From positions 1 to 35,972 of IMG/VR virus record IMGVR_UViG_3300011655_000001: DNA of 35,972 nucleotides. One strand, given 5' to 3'. The notes under the pieces were generated by a model. It did no database searches and had not been told where the DNA came from. It saw nothing but the letters and a program-made list of their open reading frames with translations. The DNA is from a virus. This document shows, one piece after another, positions 1-7,818 of this stretch. How positions within the stretch are numbered: position 1 is the first letter of the stretch; each line of letters starts with the position of its first letter. The position numbers were made by a program, and so were the translations under genes.

Positions 1-78
1 CGATTGTAAACACATCACCAACCGCAGCACCTGTACCAGTTTTAACTGCTAAAGTTTGAGTACGGTTATCGGCGGGGA
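1..78. repeat. Terminal duplication, copy 1 (identical to 35895..35972)
   Basis: Read directly: nt 1-78 (cgattgtaaacacatcacc...tatcggcgggga) recur exactly as the last 78 nt of the window. This fits an assembly overlap of a circular or circularly permuted molecule. Confidence 0.95.
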
Positions 79-796
79 TGCCGTTCACATCAGCAGAAAC
101 TGGAGTATGTGACTGCGCACCGCTTACCAAATAACCAGCACCTGCAGAGCCAGTAATTGATTTACCGTAATCAACACGGAAAGTATCAAAGCCTGCAATT
201 GGTTGTAGAGTAGAGCGTTGATATGCGTTCATTGGCGCTGTATTCATTGTTTGACGACCAGCAAGGTTGCCAGCAATGTTTTTCGCCATACGTGGATTTA
301 ACAGCATGATACGCTCGCCACGGGTTGCCTGTTGCTCAAGCATTAAAGCATCAGCCTCAGCAGCCTCGTCGTAAGTGTCAATCGGACCACCATTAATGAC
401 TGCCAGAGTGCCGCGCTCTGCAATACGGTTCGCCACCAGAGTATCAAGCTTGTTAGAAAGCAGGATATTTGATGTCTTGACGATATTGTCAAAAGCATAC
501 GGATTGTTTAAATCCACGCCTGTTAATTTGACTGGCACGTTACGGATGTGTGATTCAGTCAAAGTAGCAGGAACAGTAAGCTCCACTAGGTCTTTGTATT
601 GACCGGTAATGTCGCGACCATCCACGATTTCAGTCATCAATGGCATTGGACGGTGGAAAGTTTGACCATTTAAAGCAAGTGCTTCTGCAGGTGCTTTGTA
701 TTGAGAGACATTTTTAGAGCTGATATTGGTTGCATCAAAGCCAGCCACAACATCATCAAAGAAAACATCAATTTTTTTAGCAAATGAGTTCGCCAT
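1..796 (-). CDS. Major capsid (coat) protein, P22 gp5-like, N-terminal part. The gene wraps through the junction and continues at 35894..35443, 415 aa in total.
   Basis: Not in the ORF track because it is cut by the window edge. ATG at 796 has an AAGGTGA SD. I hand-translated 796..1 (MANSFAKKIDVFFDD...GDVFTI) with no stop, and the frame joins 35443..35907 exactly once the 78-nt overlap is removed. The segment VSGAQSHTPV..DNRTQTLAVKTGTGAAVGDVFTIAGV parallels my recollection of the P22 coat (VSGAQSFKPV..DNRFATVTL..GDKISFAGV). It lies directly after the scaffold gene. Confidence 0.88.
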   Translation of the reverse strand, partial: MANSFAKKIDVFFDDVVAGFDATNISSKNVSQYKAPAEALALNGQTFHRPMPLMTEIVDGRDITGQYKDLVELTVPATLTESHIRNVPVKLTGVDLNNPYAFDNIVKTSNILLSNKLDTLVANRIAERGTLAVINGGPIDTYDEAAEADALMLEQQATRGERIMLLNPRMAKNIAGNLAGRQTMNTAPMNAYQRSTLQPIAGFDTFRVDYGKSITGSAGAGYLVSGAQSHTPVSADVNGIPADNRTQTLAVKTGTGAAVGDVFTI

Positions 797-807
797 AAGT
801 ATTCACC

Positions 808-1701
808 TTATTTCTGTAAAGATTTTTTGTATTTAATCAGCTCGGTACGGTCACCAGTTTTCGCTGCTTTCGCTTCGAGTTGCGCTAACTTCTGATCTAC
901 CACACCAGATAATCCAGCCGATCCACTAGGTTTCCGCTCTGGTTGAGTTGATGGTTTGCGAGTTTGGATTTTCATCTGAGAGTCCAGTTTGGCTGCAGCA
1001 AAGGCGAATTGAATTGGGTCTGTAATTTCAGAAAGCTCTTGTGCTTTCTTTGGGTTTTTCCCCAAGTGGTACAAAATCAATTCTGGATTCTCGGCAGCAT
1101 GAATCAAAATGCCCTGCTGTGTTGGGGTGAGCTTGTCTTTTGCGGCTTCTTCTACTTCCTCAAAGTCACGGACTTTGGCTGCCACAGTTTGACGTCGCTC
1201 TTCATAGCTTTGCATTTTGCTTTGCCAGGCTTGTTGTGCCTGCTCTTCTTCAGCACGCTTTGCTGCCTGCTGCTGTTCAACTTGGCGTTTACGCTCATGC
1301 CATTGTTCAACTGCGCTTTCAAATTGATCTTCATCATAATCAAAGTCGGAAAGTTTTGGCTTGGCCCCAACTTCAATCAGCTTCTCAGCCGGCTTGACCT
1401 GTTGCACCTGAGCCTCTAGCTCTTTGATGCGCTTTTGTGCTTCCCGCTCTTTTTTGCGAAGATTATTCACCCATTTTGGTGCCGGCTTGCCAGTAAATCC
1501 CTCATCCTCGTCGGATGGCTCTGGCGTTTCATCACCTGCTGTAATCACAAACTCTTCATCTTCAGACGTCTCATCATCGGACTGGTTTGATTCATCTTGG
1601 GTTTCTTCTGGATCTTCCTGATTTTCAACTTCCTGATTGTCTTCAATCGGGTCGATGTTGTCTTCTTCATCCAGTTCTGTGCGCAGGTCTTCAATTGACA
1701 T
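808..1701 (-). CDS. Scaffolding protein (P22 gp8-like by position and composition)
   Basis: 297 aa between the portal and coat genes. It has a very acidic D/E/S-rich N-terminus, a long charged helical middle (EQQQAAKRAEEEQAQQAW) and a basic C-terminus. Its ATG overlaps the portal stop. Confidence 0.7.
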   Translation of the reverse strand: MSIEDLRTELDEEDNIDPIEDNQEVENQEDPEETQDESNQSDDETSEDEEFVITAGDETPEPSDEDEGFTGKPAPKWVNNLRKKEREAQKRIKELEAQVQQVKPAEKLIEVGAKPKLSDFDYDEDQFESAVEQWHERKRQVEQQQAAKRAEEEQAQQAWQSKMQSYEERRQTVAAKVRDFEEVEEAAKDKLTPTQQGILIHAAENPELILYHLGKNPKKAQELSEITDPIQFAFAAAKLDSQMKIQTRKPSTQPERKPSGSAGLSGVVDQKLAQLEAKAAKTGDRTELIKYKKSLQK

Positions 1702-3796
1702 ATTGCATTTCCTCGTTCTGTGTAGGCTGAACGGTTGCCTGTTGTGGTTGCATACCTAGTTGGCTAATTGCTTCAAGCACTGCTTGTCGCTCGTCCATAT
1801 CTAGGCGTGTCATTAAATCTATTGCCTTGGCTTTGGTTTCTTCTGCTCTTGCTATCGCAAGTTCAGTGTCTGCCTGTGCTTTGATTGCGAGTGATTTATT
1901 CTTTTCAGCTTCGGATTGTAAATACAGTGTATTTGCATCAGGCTGCTGATTCTGAGCTTCTTGCGCGAGTTGCTGAGCTTCTTCTTTGGTTGGTTCTACA
2001 ACACCCATACGCAGCAATTTCTTGCGGTAATATTCACGGACTTCACTAACGCCTTCACCCTCCATGTTCATCATAATCATGGATGACAAAACTTGTTGGT
2101 CCATTGGATCAGATACCAGTGGAAGCATGTTTGTCAGTGAGCGTACGGTTGCATTGCGCTTACTGGTTGATGTTGGTCCAATATCAATTGCGACATCAAA
2201 CTTGGCTTTGGTTAGGTCGTTTGTATGCTCAACCTCACCTGAAGTCGGGTTATAAACAGGTTTAAATAACTCAATTGAGTCGATCTCGTCCTGATTCCCT
2301 ACCGTCTTCATTGTTCGACCATCTTCAACATAGAGTTCAGAAGCCATAGACAGCCAAATTTCACCAGATCGACGCACCGCTTTAGCGAAGTTCGAAATGT
2401 AGATGAATGACTGCATATCCAAACGGTTTTGAATCATCTCGATTGCAACACCGCTGGTATTTGAAACAATCTCATCGCCCGATTCTTGATTACCCAGAAT
2501 GTCTGATAAATCTTGTTCAGTAACTTGAAGCAAAGCACCCATTGCAGGTGGAATACTTGGCGGCTTGGTGTACGAAACTGGTCCTTGTGAAATCACATTG
2601 CCCATTGCATCTTTAAGCGGATGAGCCAACAGGAATGGATAGTTCTCAATATTGTCATTCGCCCACATGTGCTGAACGCCAGCAACCTGTTCAGGTGCGA
2701 GAATCGGCTTCTCAACACTGGACATAGCACTAAGTTCACCGAGCTTGGATAACTGCATGTTCTTCAGTCGCTGAGCATCCTTACAAAGCCGTACATGACC
2801 CATGCAGCGCTCTACATTGTCAATATACCAACGCTTGCCATACGCAGGCACGATTGGAATGTGACGACCTGCGATATATCCGTAATCCTCAAGAACACCA
2901 AGACCTGACATAAGCATTTTACGAACGCGCTTACGTTCAAAATCTCGAACACGAACTTCTTGCGCACCTGTTGCACTTAGTTCCTCAAGAATGCTTGGAT
3001 CTTCTTCAAGTTGTTCTGCTGTATATCGCTCTTCGGATCCATCGATTAAACGGAAGATATGAATCTTCTCTTTAACCTTTTCGACCTTGTAGTATTCAGC
3101 GACATAAACAGAATCTTTCGATGCCCAATCAAAGTGACTATTGCTAACCATTTTATCCCAAGAAGATGGGTCTTGATCTTCGCCATATTCCTCTTTGAAT
3201 GCATCACAAGACATTGAAGTCAAAACAAAGCAGTATTTCGCATCTGCTTTATCTTGGCGTTTAGCATCAGGATCAAAAAAAACACATGTATCAGCATCAA
3301 AAATAGGTTCTATTCTGATTCGCTGATGCTCGTTCTCTTCATCATCCTCATCTTCATATTCAGCACGTAAACGCCAAGCACCAAAGCCACCACCTACCGC
3401 TTCTTCAAATGCGTTGTCATAAGCTTCATCCGCACCTGAGTCCTGCTCATCTGCACGGTAAAGCTTTGCACAGGTATCAGCCAAGTCATCATTGCTCACA
3501 CCATCTTTGCTAATGAAGTTCACACCGATGCGGTTGTTGCGATATTCATTGATAATACGAATGACAGCCAGGTGAATCTTATTGACTTCAAATTTAGGCT
3601 TATTTTCAAACTGTTCGCCTAACTTGCCTTCCCATTGAGCACCAGCAATAGAATAAAAACGACGATCCTCTAAGCACTGCTGACGTTCATCAGCAACAGC
3701 ACATTGAGCTTTATCAAATTGTTTCTTTGCGGTTTCGTGGATTTTGGCAAGTCGATCTGTTTTATCAGTCACGACTTGACTCCATTTGATTACCAA
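1691..3796 (-). CDS. Portal protein (P22 gp1-like)
   Basis: About 700 aa, directly downstream of TerL. The N-terminal DRRFYSIAGAQWEG motif is portal-like and the C-terminus is a long helical barrel-like tail. The track start at 3796 is TTG. An in-frame GTG at 3772 has GGAG 7 nt upstream and is the more likely start (693 aa). Confidence 0.85.
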   Translation of the reverse strand: MVIKWSQVVTDKTDRLAKIHETAKKQFDKAQCAVADERQQCLEDRRFYSIAGAQWEGKLGEQFENKPKFEVNKIHLAVIRIINEYRNNRIGVNFISKDGVSNDDLADTCAKLYRADEQDSGADEAYDNAFEEAVGGGFGAWRLRAEYEDEDDEENEHQRIRIEPIFDADTCVFFDPDAKRQDKADAKYCFVLTSMSCDAFKEEYGEDQDPSSWDKMVSNSHFDWASKDSVYVAEYYKVEKVKEKIHIFRLIDGSEERYTAEQLEEDPSILEELSATGAQEVRVRDFERKRVRKMLMSGLGVLEDYGYIAGRHIPIVPAYGKRWYIDNVERCMGHVRLCKDAQRLKNMQLSKLGELSAMSSVEKPILAPEQVAGVQHMWANDNIENYPFLLAHPLKDAMGNVISQGPVSYTKPPSIPPAMGALLQVTEQDLSDILGNQESGDEIVSNTSGVAIEMIQNRLDMQSFIYISNFAKAVRRSGEIWLSMASELYVEDGRTMKTVGNQDEIDSIELFKPVYNPTSGEVEHTNDLTKAKFDVAIDIGPTSTSKRNATVRSLTNMLPLVSDPMDQQVLSSMIMMNMEGEGVSEVREYYRKKLLRMGVVEPTKEEAQQLAQEAQNQQPDANTLYLQSEAEKNKSLAIKAQADTELAIARAEETKAKAIDLMTRLDMDERQAVLEAISQLGMQPQQATVQPTQNEEMQYVN

Positions 3797-5070
3797 CGAT
3801 TGATTGTTGGGATTGGGTTAATTTCTACTTGCTGCGGCTGGCACATTTTATTGATATTAATCGCACCCTCACCAAACGCATCCGAGCTATGCGAAGCCCA
3901 GTCATGCACTGGCGTTGCTTTAAATTGCTCTAGTTTGTCGTTAAATTCACGACGATAGTTTTGTAGTGCGCGAATACCGTGTTTGCATTTTTCAGCATCA
4001 AACCAACAGTTTTTCAAGAATTGACGTGTTGCTTCGATACGATCCTCAACACCAAGCCTTGCGCCTTTATTCATTCGATAACCAAGATTAGCCATCGTTT
4101 GCTCACGACTCACACCACTTGATAAGTCACGTGCTGCAATATCATGCGGTGCAAAATGCTTTTCGTACTGATAGCCATACTGCTGCTTTTTCTCATCGAG
4201 AATGCGAGCGTAATGCGAGAGCGGCTCATTGTTCGCTTCATAATGATCGATTGCTCGGACTTCTTTGCCGTAAATCTGAAAAAACCAGATTGCAGTCGGG
4301 TCGAGAATCCCTAAGTCCCATGACGTGTAAACAGGTAAATTAGGGTCATGCGGAACTTTGCAGATACGATTTTCACGCTTGATCTGCTCAAACTCAGCCT
4401 TGTAGATTGCACCATCTGCAATCTCTTTGGGTTTACCAAGCCAAATGTGCTCATATTGATCGTAGTCATCGGCTTTCATCTGTTCAGCTAGTGCAATCAG
4501 TTCATCTGGGCATTCCTTGTTGTCGGTGTAATTGATCTGAACCACAACTGTGTCGTCACGTTCACCAAGCACATATTGCGAATAAACAGCGTCACTTGGT
4601 AGCTTTGGGTTCATTGACATGATAACCATTGGCTTAGAAGTACGAACAACTGTAGGAATCAAAATAGATAATGAGAACGCGCTCACTGTCTGCGCTTCTT
4701 CAATCCATGTGATTGTTGCGCCCTCGAATGACTTAACTGATTCAACCGTATGATTCAGCAAGCCTGCAAAGCTAAATTCAGTGCCATTAATGCCGCGTAT
4801 TTCTGTTTCTAAGATTTGATAGAAGTAACCTAAGCCCAATGCGACAATTCGATCTGATAAGAGTTTATGCACAGACTGTTTAATTGACTTCTGAACTTCA
4901 CGACAGCATAAAATACGATGCTTTTGTTTTGCGCCCTCGATCAATAAAAAATCTGCAATTTCCCACGACTTACCACCACCACGACCACCGTGATACACAT
5001 AGAACAGCTTGTCGTTTTTTAGATGCGTATAAAGTGGCTTAAATTTACTTGGTACTCGTTTCTCCATCAT
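3790..5070 (-). CDS. terL: Terminase large subunit (Terminase_3/PBSX-like)
   Basis: The Walker A-like motif YVYHGGRGGGKSWE sits near the N-terminus. At 426 aa it overlaps TerS by 26 nt and precedes the portal gene. Confidence 0.88.
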   Translation of the reverse strand: MMEKRVPSKFKPLYTHLKNDKLFYVYHGGRGGGKSWEIADFLLIEGAKQKHRILCCREVQKSIKQSVHKLLSDRIVALGLGYFYQILETEIRGINGTEFSFAGLLNHTVESVKSFEGATITWIEEAQTVSAFSLSILIPTVVRTSKPMVIMSMNPKLPSDAVYSQYVLGERDDTVVVQINYTDNKECPDELIALAEQMKADDYDQYEHIWLGKPKEIADGAIYKAEFEQIKRENRICKVPHDPNLPVYTSWDLGILDPTAIWFFQIYGKEVRAIDHYEANNEPLSHYARILDEKKQQYGYQYEKHFAPHDIAARDLSSGVSREQTMANLGYRMNKGARLGVEDRIEATRQFLKNCWFDAEKCKHGIRALQNYRREFNDKLEQFKATPVHDWASHSSDAFGEGAININKMCQPQQVEINPIPTINRW

Positions 5071-5470
5071 CTTCGAATACCACCTTTAAACTCATATCAA
5101 TCGGACCACCGTCTTTACCGGATAGTTCTACAACCTGCTTATCAAAACCAAGTATTTTGGCTTTGCCCATTGTTGCCGAAACCATTGCTGACGGCTGTGG
5201 CTTAATTGGGTCTTTGGCAAGCTGCCTAGCTTCTTCAAGCTCTGCAATCAAATCATCAACTGTTATATCGTGACGTTCTTTGTGTCCGTCTTGTAATTCA
5301 GATATACGGACCGTAATTGGACCGTGCTTTAGTAACTCTTTTGCTTTGGTGTTAATTGTTTCGGTCTTCATTCTTGACGAATCATAAGCCTGCCTATAAG
5401 CCTCTGAAGCATTGCCTAATTCAATATAGAGCTGGCAAAAATTCTCCTGCTTAGGTGTAAGCTTTGCCAT
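5045..5470 (-). CDS. terS: Terminase small subunit (Terminase_2-like)
   Basis: The N-terminal LTPKQENFCQLYIELGNASEAYRQAY is the typical HTH signature of this small-subunit family. It lies immediately upstream of TerL. Confidence 0.8.
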   Translation of the reverse strand: MAKLTPKQENFCQLYIELGNASEAYRQAYDSSRMKTETINTKAKELLKHGPITVRISELQDGHKERHDITVDDLIAELEEARQLAKDPIKPQPSAMVSATMGKAKILGFDKQVVELSGKDGGPIDMSLKVVFEDDGETSTK

Positions 5471-5480
5471 ATCTTTACTC

Positions 5481-5984
5481 CTATTGCTTCATTTCCCACG
5501 CATACATCAAATCATCTGGCGTACTTAAATATTTCCCATGCTTCAAACAGAATGCATGAATATCATTCAGGTATTCAGTGAACTGATCCACCGTTGCATC
5601 CGTGGTGCTGATCAATTCATTTAATCCGTCTGCCACAGCCTGGTATTGCGGATGCTTCTGATCTCTTAAAACTCTGACTGCTGCGAATGTCTGTTTGTAC
5701 TGACCAACCTCATCACGATCATAGATGCGTGATAAGAATTGCTTCTTGAAAAACAGATGCTCTGAATCTTTATCTGTGCCTTGACGCTTGGACCATTGAG
5801 ACATCCACATCCAATAGAGCCTATTCTGTGCTTTGCTTCGATCCTCGGCCTTCTGATCTATGTGAACAACTAGCGGTTTACCCTGATCTATAGCTTTTTG
5901 ATGCCAGGCATTGAGGAAGCCAATCGTTTTAGTGATGTTGAGATGTGAGTCAATCATGAAAGATACTGGTCCAACCTTATCCAT
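5481..5984 (-). CDS. ninB: NinB-like recombination protein
   Basis: GKPLVVHIDQKAEDRSKAQNRLYWMW matches the lambda NinB pattern as I recall it (PIVVTIQERNRSLDQNRKLWA). The ATG at 5984 overlaps the upstream stop (TGATG). Confidence 0.6.
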   Translation of the reverse strand: MDKVGPVSFMIDSHLNITKTIGFLNAWHQKAIDQGKPLVVHIDQKAEDRSKAQNRLYWMWMSQWSKRQGTDKDSEHLFFKKQFLSRIYDRDEVGQYKQTFAAVRVLRDQKHPQYQAVADGLNELISTTDATVDQFTEYLNDIHAFCLKHGKYLSTPDDLMYAWEMKQ

Positions 5985-6262
5985 CAAAACACCTCTCTAT
6001 CTTCCATCACCAACATCCGATTCACCCTTACCAGCCACTGATCAAACATCACTTCACTCTCTGCCCGATTACCCAATTGAAAGGTATCGAACTGGAAATG
6101 GCAGGAATGGCATAGTGGTGCTGTGAACCGGTCAGAAGCCTTAATCGATCTGCCCTTACCATGCTTGGCACTATTTGAATGAGCTGCCTGGCTATTTGGA
6201 TTACCGCATCGAATACATGGCAACTTTCTGATTGCTGCGAGTCTTTTGGGGTTGCGCTTCAT
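5984..6262 (-). CDS. Cys-rich nin-region protein (YbcO/DUF1364-like putative nuclease)
   Basis: LPCIRCGNPNSQAAH...APLCHSCH is a Cys/His pattern like YbcO-type proteins. The start is uncertain: ATG 6262 gives 92 aa, ATG 6316 gives 110 aa, and the track start 6322 is TTG. Confidence 0.5.
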   Translation of the reverse strand: MKRNPKRLAAIRKLPCIRCGNPNSQAAHSNSAKHGKGRSIKASDRFTAPLCHSCHFQFDTFQLGNRAESEVMFDQWLVRVNRMLVMEDREVF

Positions 6263-6425
6263 AGAGATTGATTCTGATGTTTCTTGCTCGCTCTCGGTGG
6301 CGCTTAAGCTTTTCATCAACATTCACCATCTCTTTAGCAGTCATCATGCTGCGTGACAGGCTGAGTAAAATATCAATCTGGTCGCAATGCTCTTTTAATT
6401 CCCTTTGTGCAGATACTATGTCCAT
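6201..6425 (-). CDS. Hypothetical protein (74 aa)
   Basis: GGAAGG SD lies 8 nt before ATG 6425. The N-terminal half looks helical. It overlaps the next gene by at least 62 nt in another frame. Confidence 0.4.
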   Translation of the reverse strand: MDIVSAQRELKEHCDQIDILLSLSRSMMTAKEMVNVDEKLKRHRERARNIRINLYEAQPQKTRSNQKVAMYSMR

Positions 6426-6461
6426 ACAGTCAGCCTTCCGGTATTTCCGGATAACTCAAAT

Positions 6462-6509
6462 AAGAAAAGAAAAACCCCTCAACATCTAGAATGCGAGGGG
6501 TTTTGTTTG
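6462..6509 (-). terminator. Intrinsic terminator after the lipoprotein gene (hairpin usable on both strands)
   Basis: Minus-strand RNA reads CCCCUC-(13 nt loop)-GAGGGG followed by UUUUUCUUUUC. The plus strand also has a U-rich tail. Confidence 0.7.
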
Positions 6510-6528
6510 CCGTAATACGTCCGGCGAA

Positions 6529-6918
6529 TTATTTGGGTAACTTCAGATCCACATCAGGAATGATAACGCTTGGTCTGAAATCAACTTTGTACTGGTAGGT
6601 GCTGACACCTTTGCTATTTAGCTGCTCGGAAAAGTAAGTCACATTGTCAGAAATGCCTAGTGAATGCTTTTTAAATTCCGTATCGCTGGTCTTGCAGGTC
6701 ACATCAACCTTTCGCTCACTAACAGCTTCAAAGGCACACTTGCCTTCAATTGTTAGAACATAATCACCAGTAACACCGTTATAAAAAACGATTCGTCGAT
6801 CTAATTGGAAGTTGTCTGCTGCATGAGATAGGTTGCGTGAAGCAACTTGAGCATCACGCGAACAACCAACGAGTGCTGTTGCGCACATCAAGCCGACTGC
6901 TAATAATTTAATTTTCAT
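6529..6918 (-). CDS. Lipoprotein (129 aa), moron-like
   Basis: The signal peptide MKIKLLAVGLMCATALVGC carries the lipobox LVGC. An SD (GGAGAAAAG) is present, and terminators lie on both sides. Confidence 0.8.
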   Translation of the reverse strand: MKIKLLAVGLMCATALVGCSRDAQVASRNLSHAADNFQLDRRIVFYNGVTGDYVLTIEGKCAFEAVSERKVDVTCKTSDTEFKKHSLGISDNVTYFSEQLNSKGVSTYQYKVDFRPSVIIPDVDLKLPK

Positions 6919-6990
6919 TGCTTCACTTTTCTCCGGGCATTAAAAAAGCCCGATCAAATTAATGAGCAGGCTTATATTTTTGATTTTGTA

Positions 6991-7104
6991 TTATTCAACT
7001 TCTTTCAAACAATCTCGACACACCTTGATTTCTTCATCATCAATCGTGTAATCGATCTCGGTCACACCATGTAGGCCGAATAAGCAGAATATGAATTGGA
7101 GCAT
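6991..7104 (-). CDS. Small ORF (37 aa) not in the ORF track
   Basis: Hand translation gives MLQFIFCLFGLHGVTEIDYTIDDEEIKVCRDCLKEVE. A GGGAG SD lies 6 nt upstream of the ATG at 7104. Confidence 0.3.
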   Translation of the reverse strand: MLQFIFCLFGLHGVTEIDYTIDDEEIKVCRDCLKEVE

Positions 7105-7172
7105 GCGGATCTCCCAAATTAGGTGGCGGCATTAATTTAAAAACCACTAGAAATTAATAAAACCGCCATAAT

Positions 7173-7201
7173 GCAAAAAGCCCACCATTTGGCGAGCTTT
7201 T
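7173..7201 (-). terminator. Intrinsic terminator about 60 nt downstream of the candidate late promoter (tR'-like)
   Basis: Minus-strand RNA reads GCUCGCC-AAAU-GGUGGGC (7 bp including two G-U pairs) followed by UUUUUG. Confidence 0.55.
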
Positions 7202-7242
7202 AGCACTTGGTCACTTTTGTATAGAACGACCAGTCTATAAAA

Positions 7243-7272
7243 ATACTATCTTATATGGGGCTTATTTGTCAA
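7243..7272 (-). promoter_or_regulatory. Candidate late promoter (PR'-like)
   Basis: On the minus strand, TTGACA (7272..7267), an 18-nt spacer and TAGTAT (7248..7243) start immediately after the stop codon of the Q-like ORF. Confidence 0.45.
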
Positions 7273-7806
7273 TTAAGCTTTTCTTAGATTTTTCCGATAA
7301 ATATCAGCATAAAAATCTATCTCATCGCGCATATCTAAAAGCATAATTTCCACCATATTTTCCAGATAAGCATAGTGCTCTCGGTAGGTACGCATCTTCA
7401 TTTCCGTGATGCCAAAAAAACGCAATTTGTCTTCAGCTTTAAAATTACCCATATCTCTAAGACTTAAGAATAACGCCATCTTTGCCACCTTGAGTGCAAA
7501 GGACTTAAGATCAAATCGAATGCGTTGCACATCCTTTGCTAAAGCCTCATAGAGACTAGCAGCTAAATAATGATGCAAAATATTGTAGGCCATTGTGTTA
7601 TCTCGATAGTCACCCCATACCAAGATTTCACAATATGCCTTTGTTGCCTGATCATCGATTGAAGCAATAGCACCACAGCGATCTTCCCATGTAATTGGCT
7701 CCAAACTACCACCCCCTTGACTTGGTTCATAATTCGCAGTCTTAGCCCGTAACTGCTGCCCCAACCATTCAATGTTTGTCATCTTCTCAGCTACCATCGC
7801 ATTCAT
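7273..7806 (-). CDS. Possible late-gene antiterminator (Q-like), otherwise hypothetical
   Basis: It is the last gene of the early-right operon, followed directly by a sigma70-like promoter and a nearby terminator. It bears a loose resemblance to phage-82-type Q (N-terminal IEWLGQQL, ITWEDRCGAIAS, IDDQATKAYCEIL). It has no Zn-finger. Confidence 0.35.
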   Translation of the reverse strand: MNAMVAEKMTNIEWLGQQLRAKTANYEPSQGGGSLEPITWEDRCGAIASIDDQATKAYCEILVWGDYRDNTMAYNILHHYLAASLYEALAKDVQRIRFDLKSFALKVAKMALFLSLRDMGNFKAEDKLRFFGITEMKMRTYREHYAYLENMVEIMLLDMRDEIDFYADIYRKNLRKA

Positions 7807-7818
7807 CCCTATTCCCTC

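Noticed and set aside
375-1621. Plus-strand track ORFs 375..602, 964..1419, 1140..1397 and 1424..1621, and the out-of-frame minus-strand ORF 1152..1376
   Set aside because: The plus-strand ORFs lie antisense to the well-supported coat and scaffold genes. The ORF 1152..1376 is an alternative frame of the scaffold gene. All have low-complexity or hydrophobic shadow-frame composition and no SD. The same reasoning applies to the other embedded ORFs, for example 2064..2265, 4119..4343, 5023..5273, 8230..8508, 11229..11604, 12442..12762, 15358..15668, 16017..16365, 18408..18980, 24225..25895, 26015..27527, 29566..30183, 30697..30941, 32709..33226, 34729..34938 and 35001..35409.
6436-6452. TTCCGG-TAT-TTCCGG direct repeat / CCGGTATTTCCGG near-palindrome upstream of the 74-aa ORF
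   Set aside because: It is very short, occurs once, and overlaps the SD region. That is insufficient to call a regulatory site.
7122-7170. Long imperfect hairpin after the tR'-like terminator considered as a structured ncRNA gene
   Set aside because: It has only one stem with an A/U-rich interior, no conserved-looking loop motifs, and it directly precedes the SD of the 37-aa ORF. It is recorded under the late-switch finding rather than called as an RNA gene.
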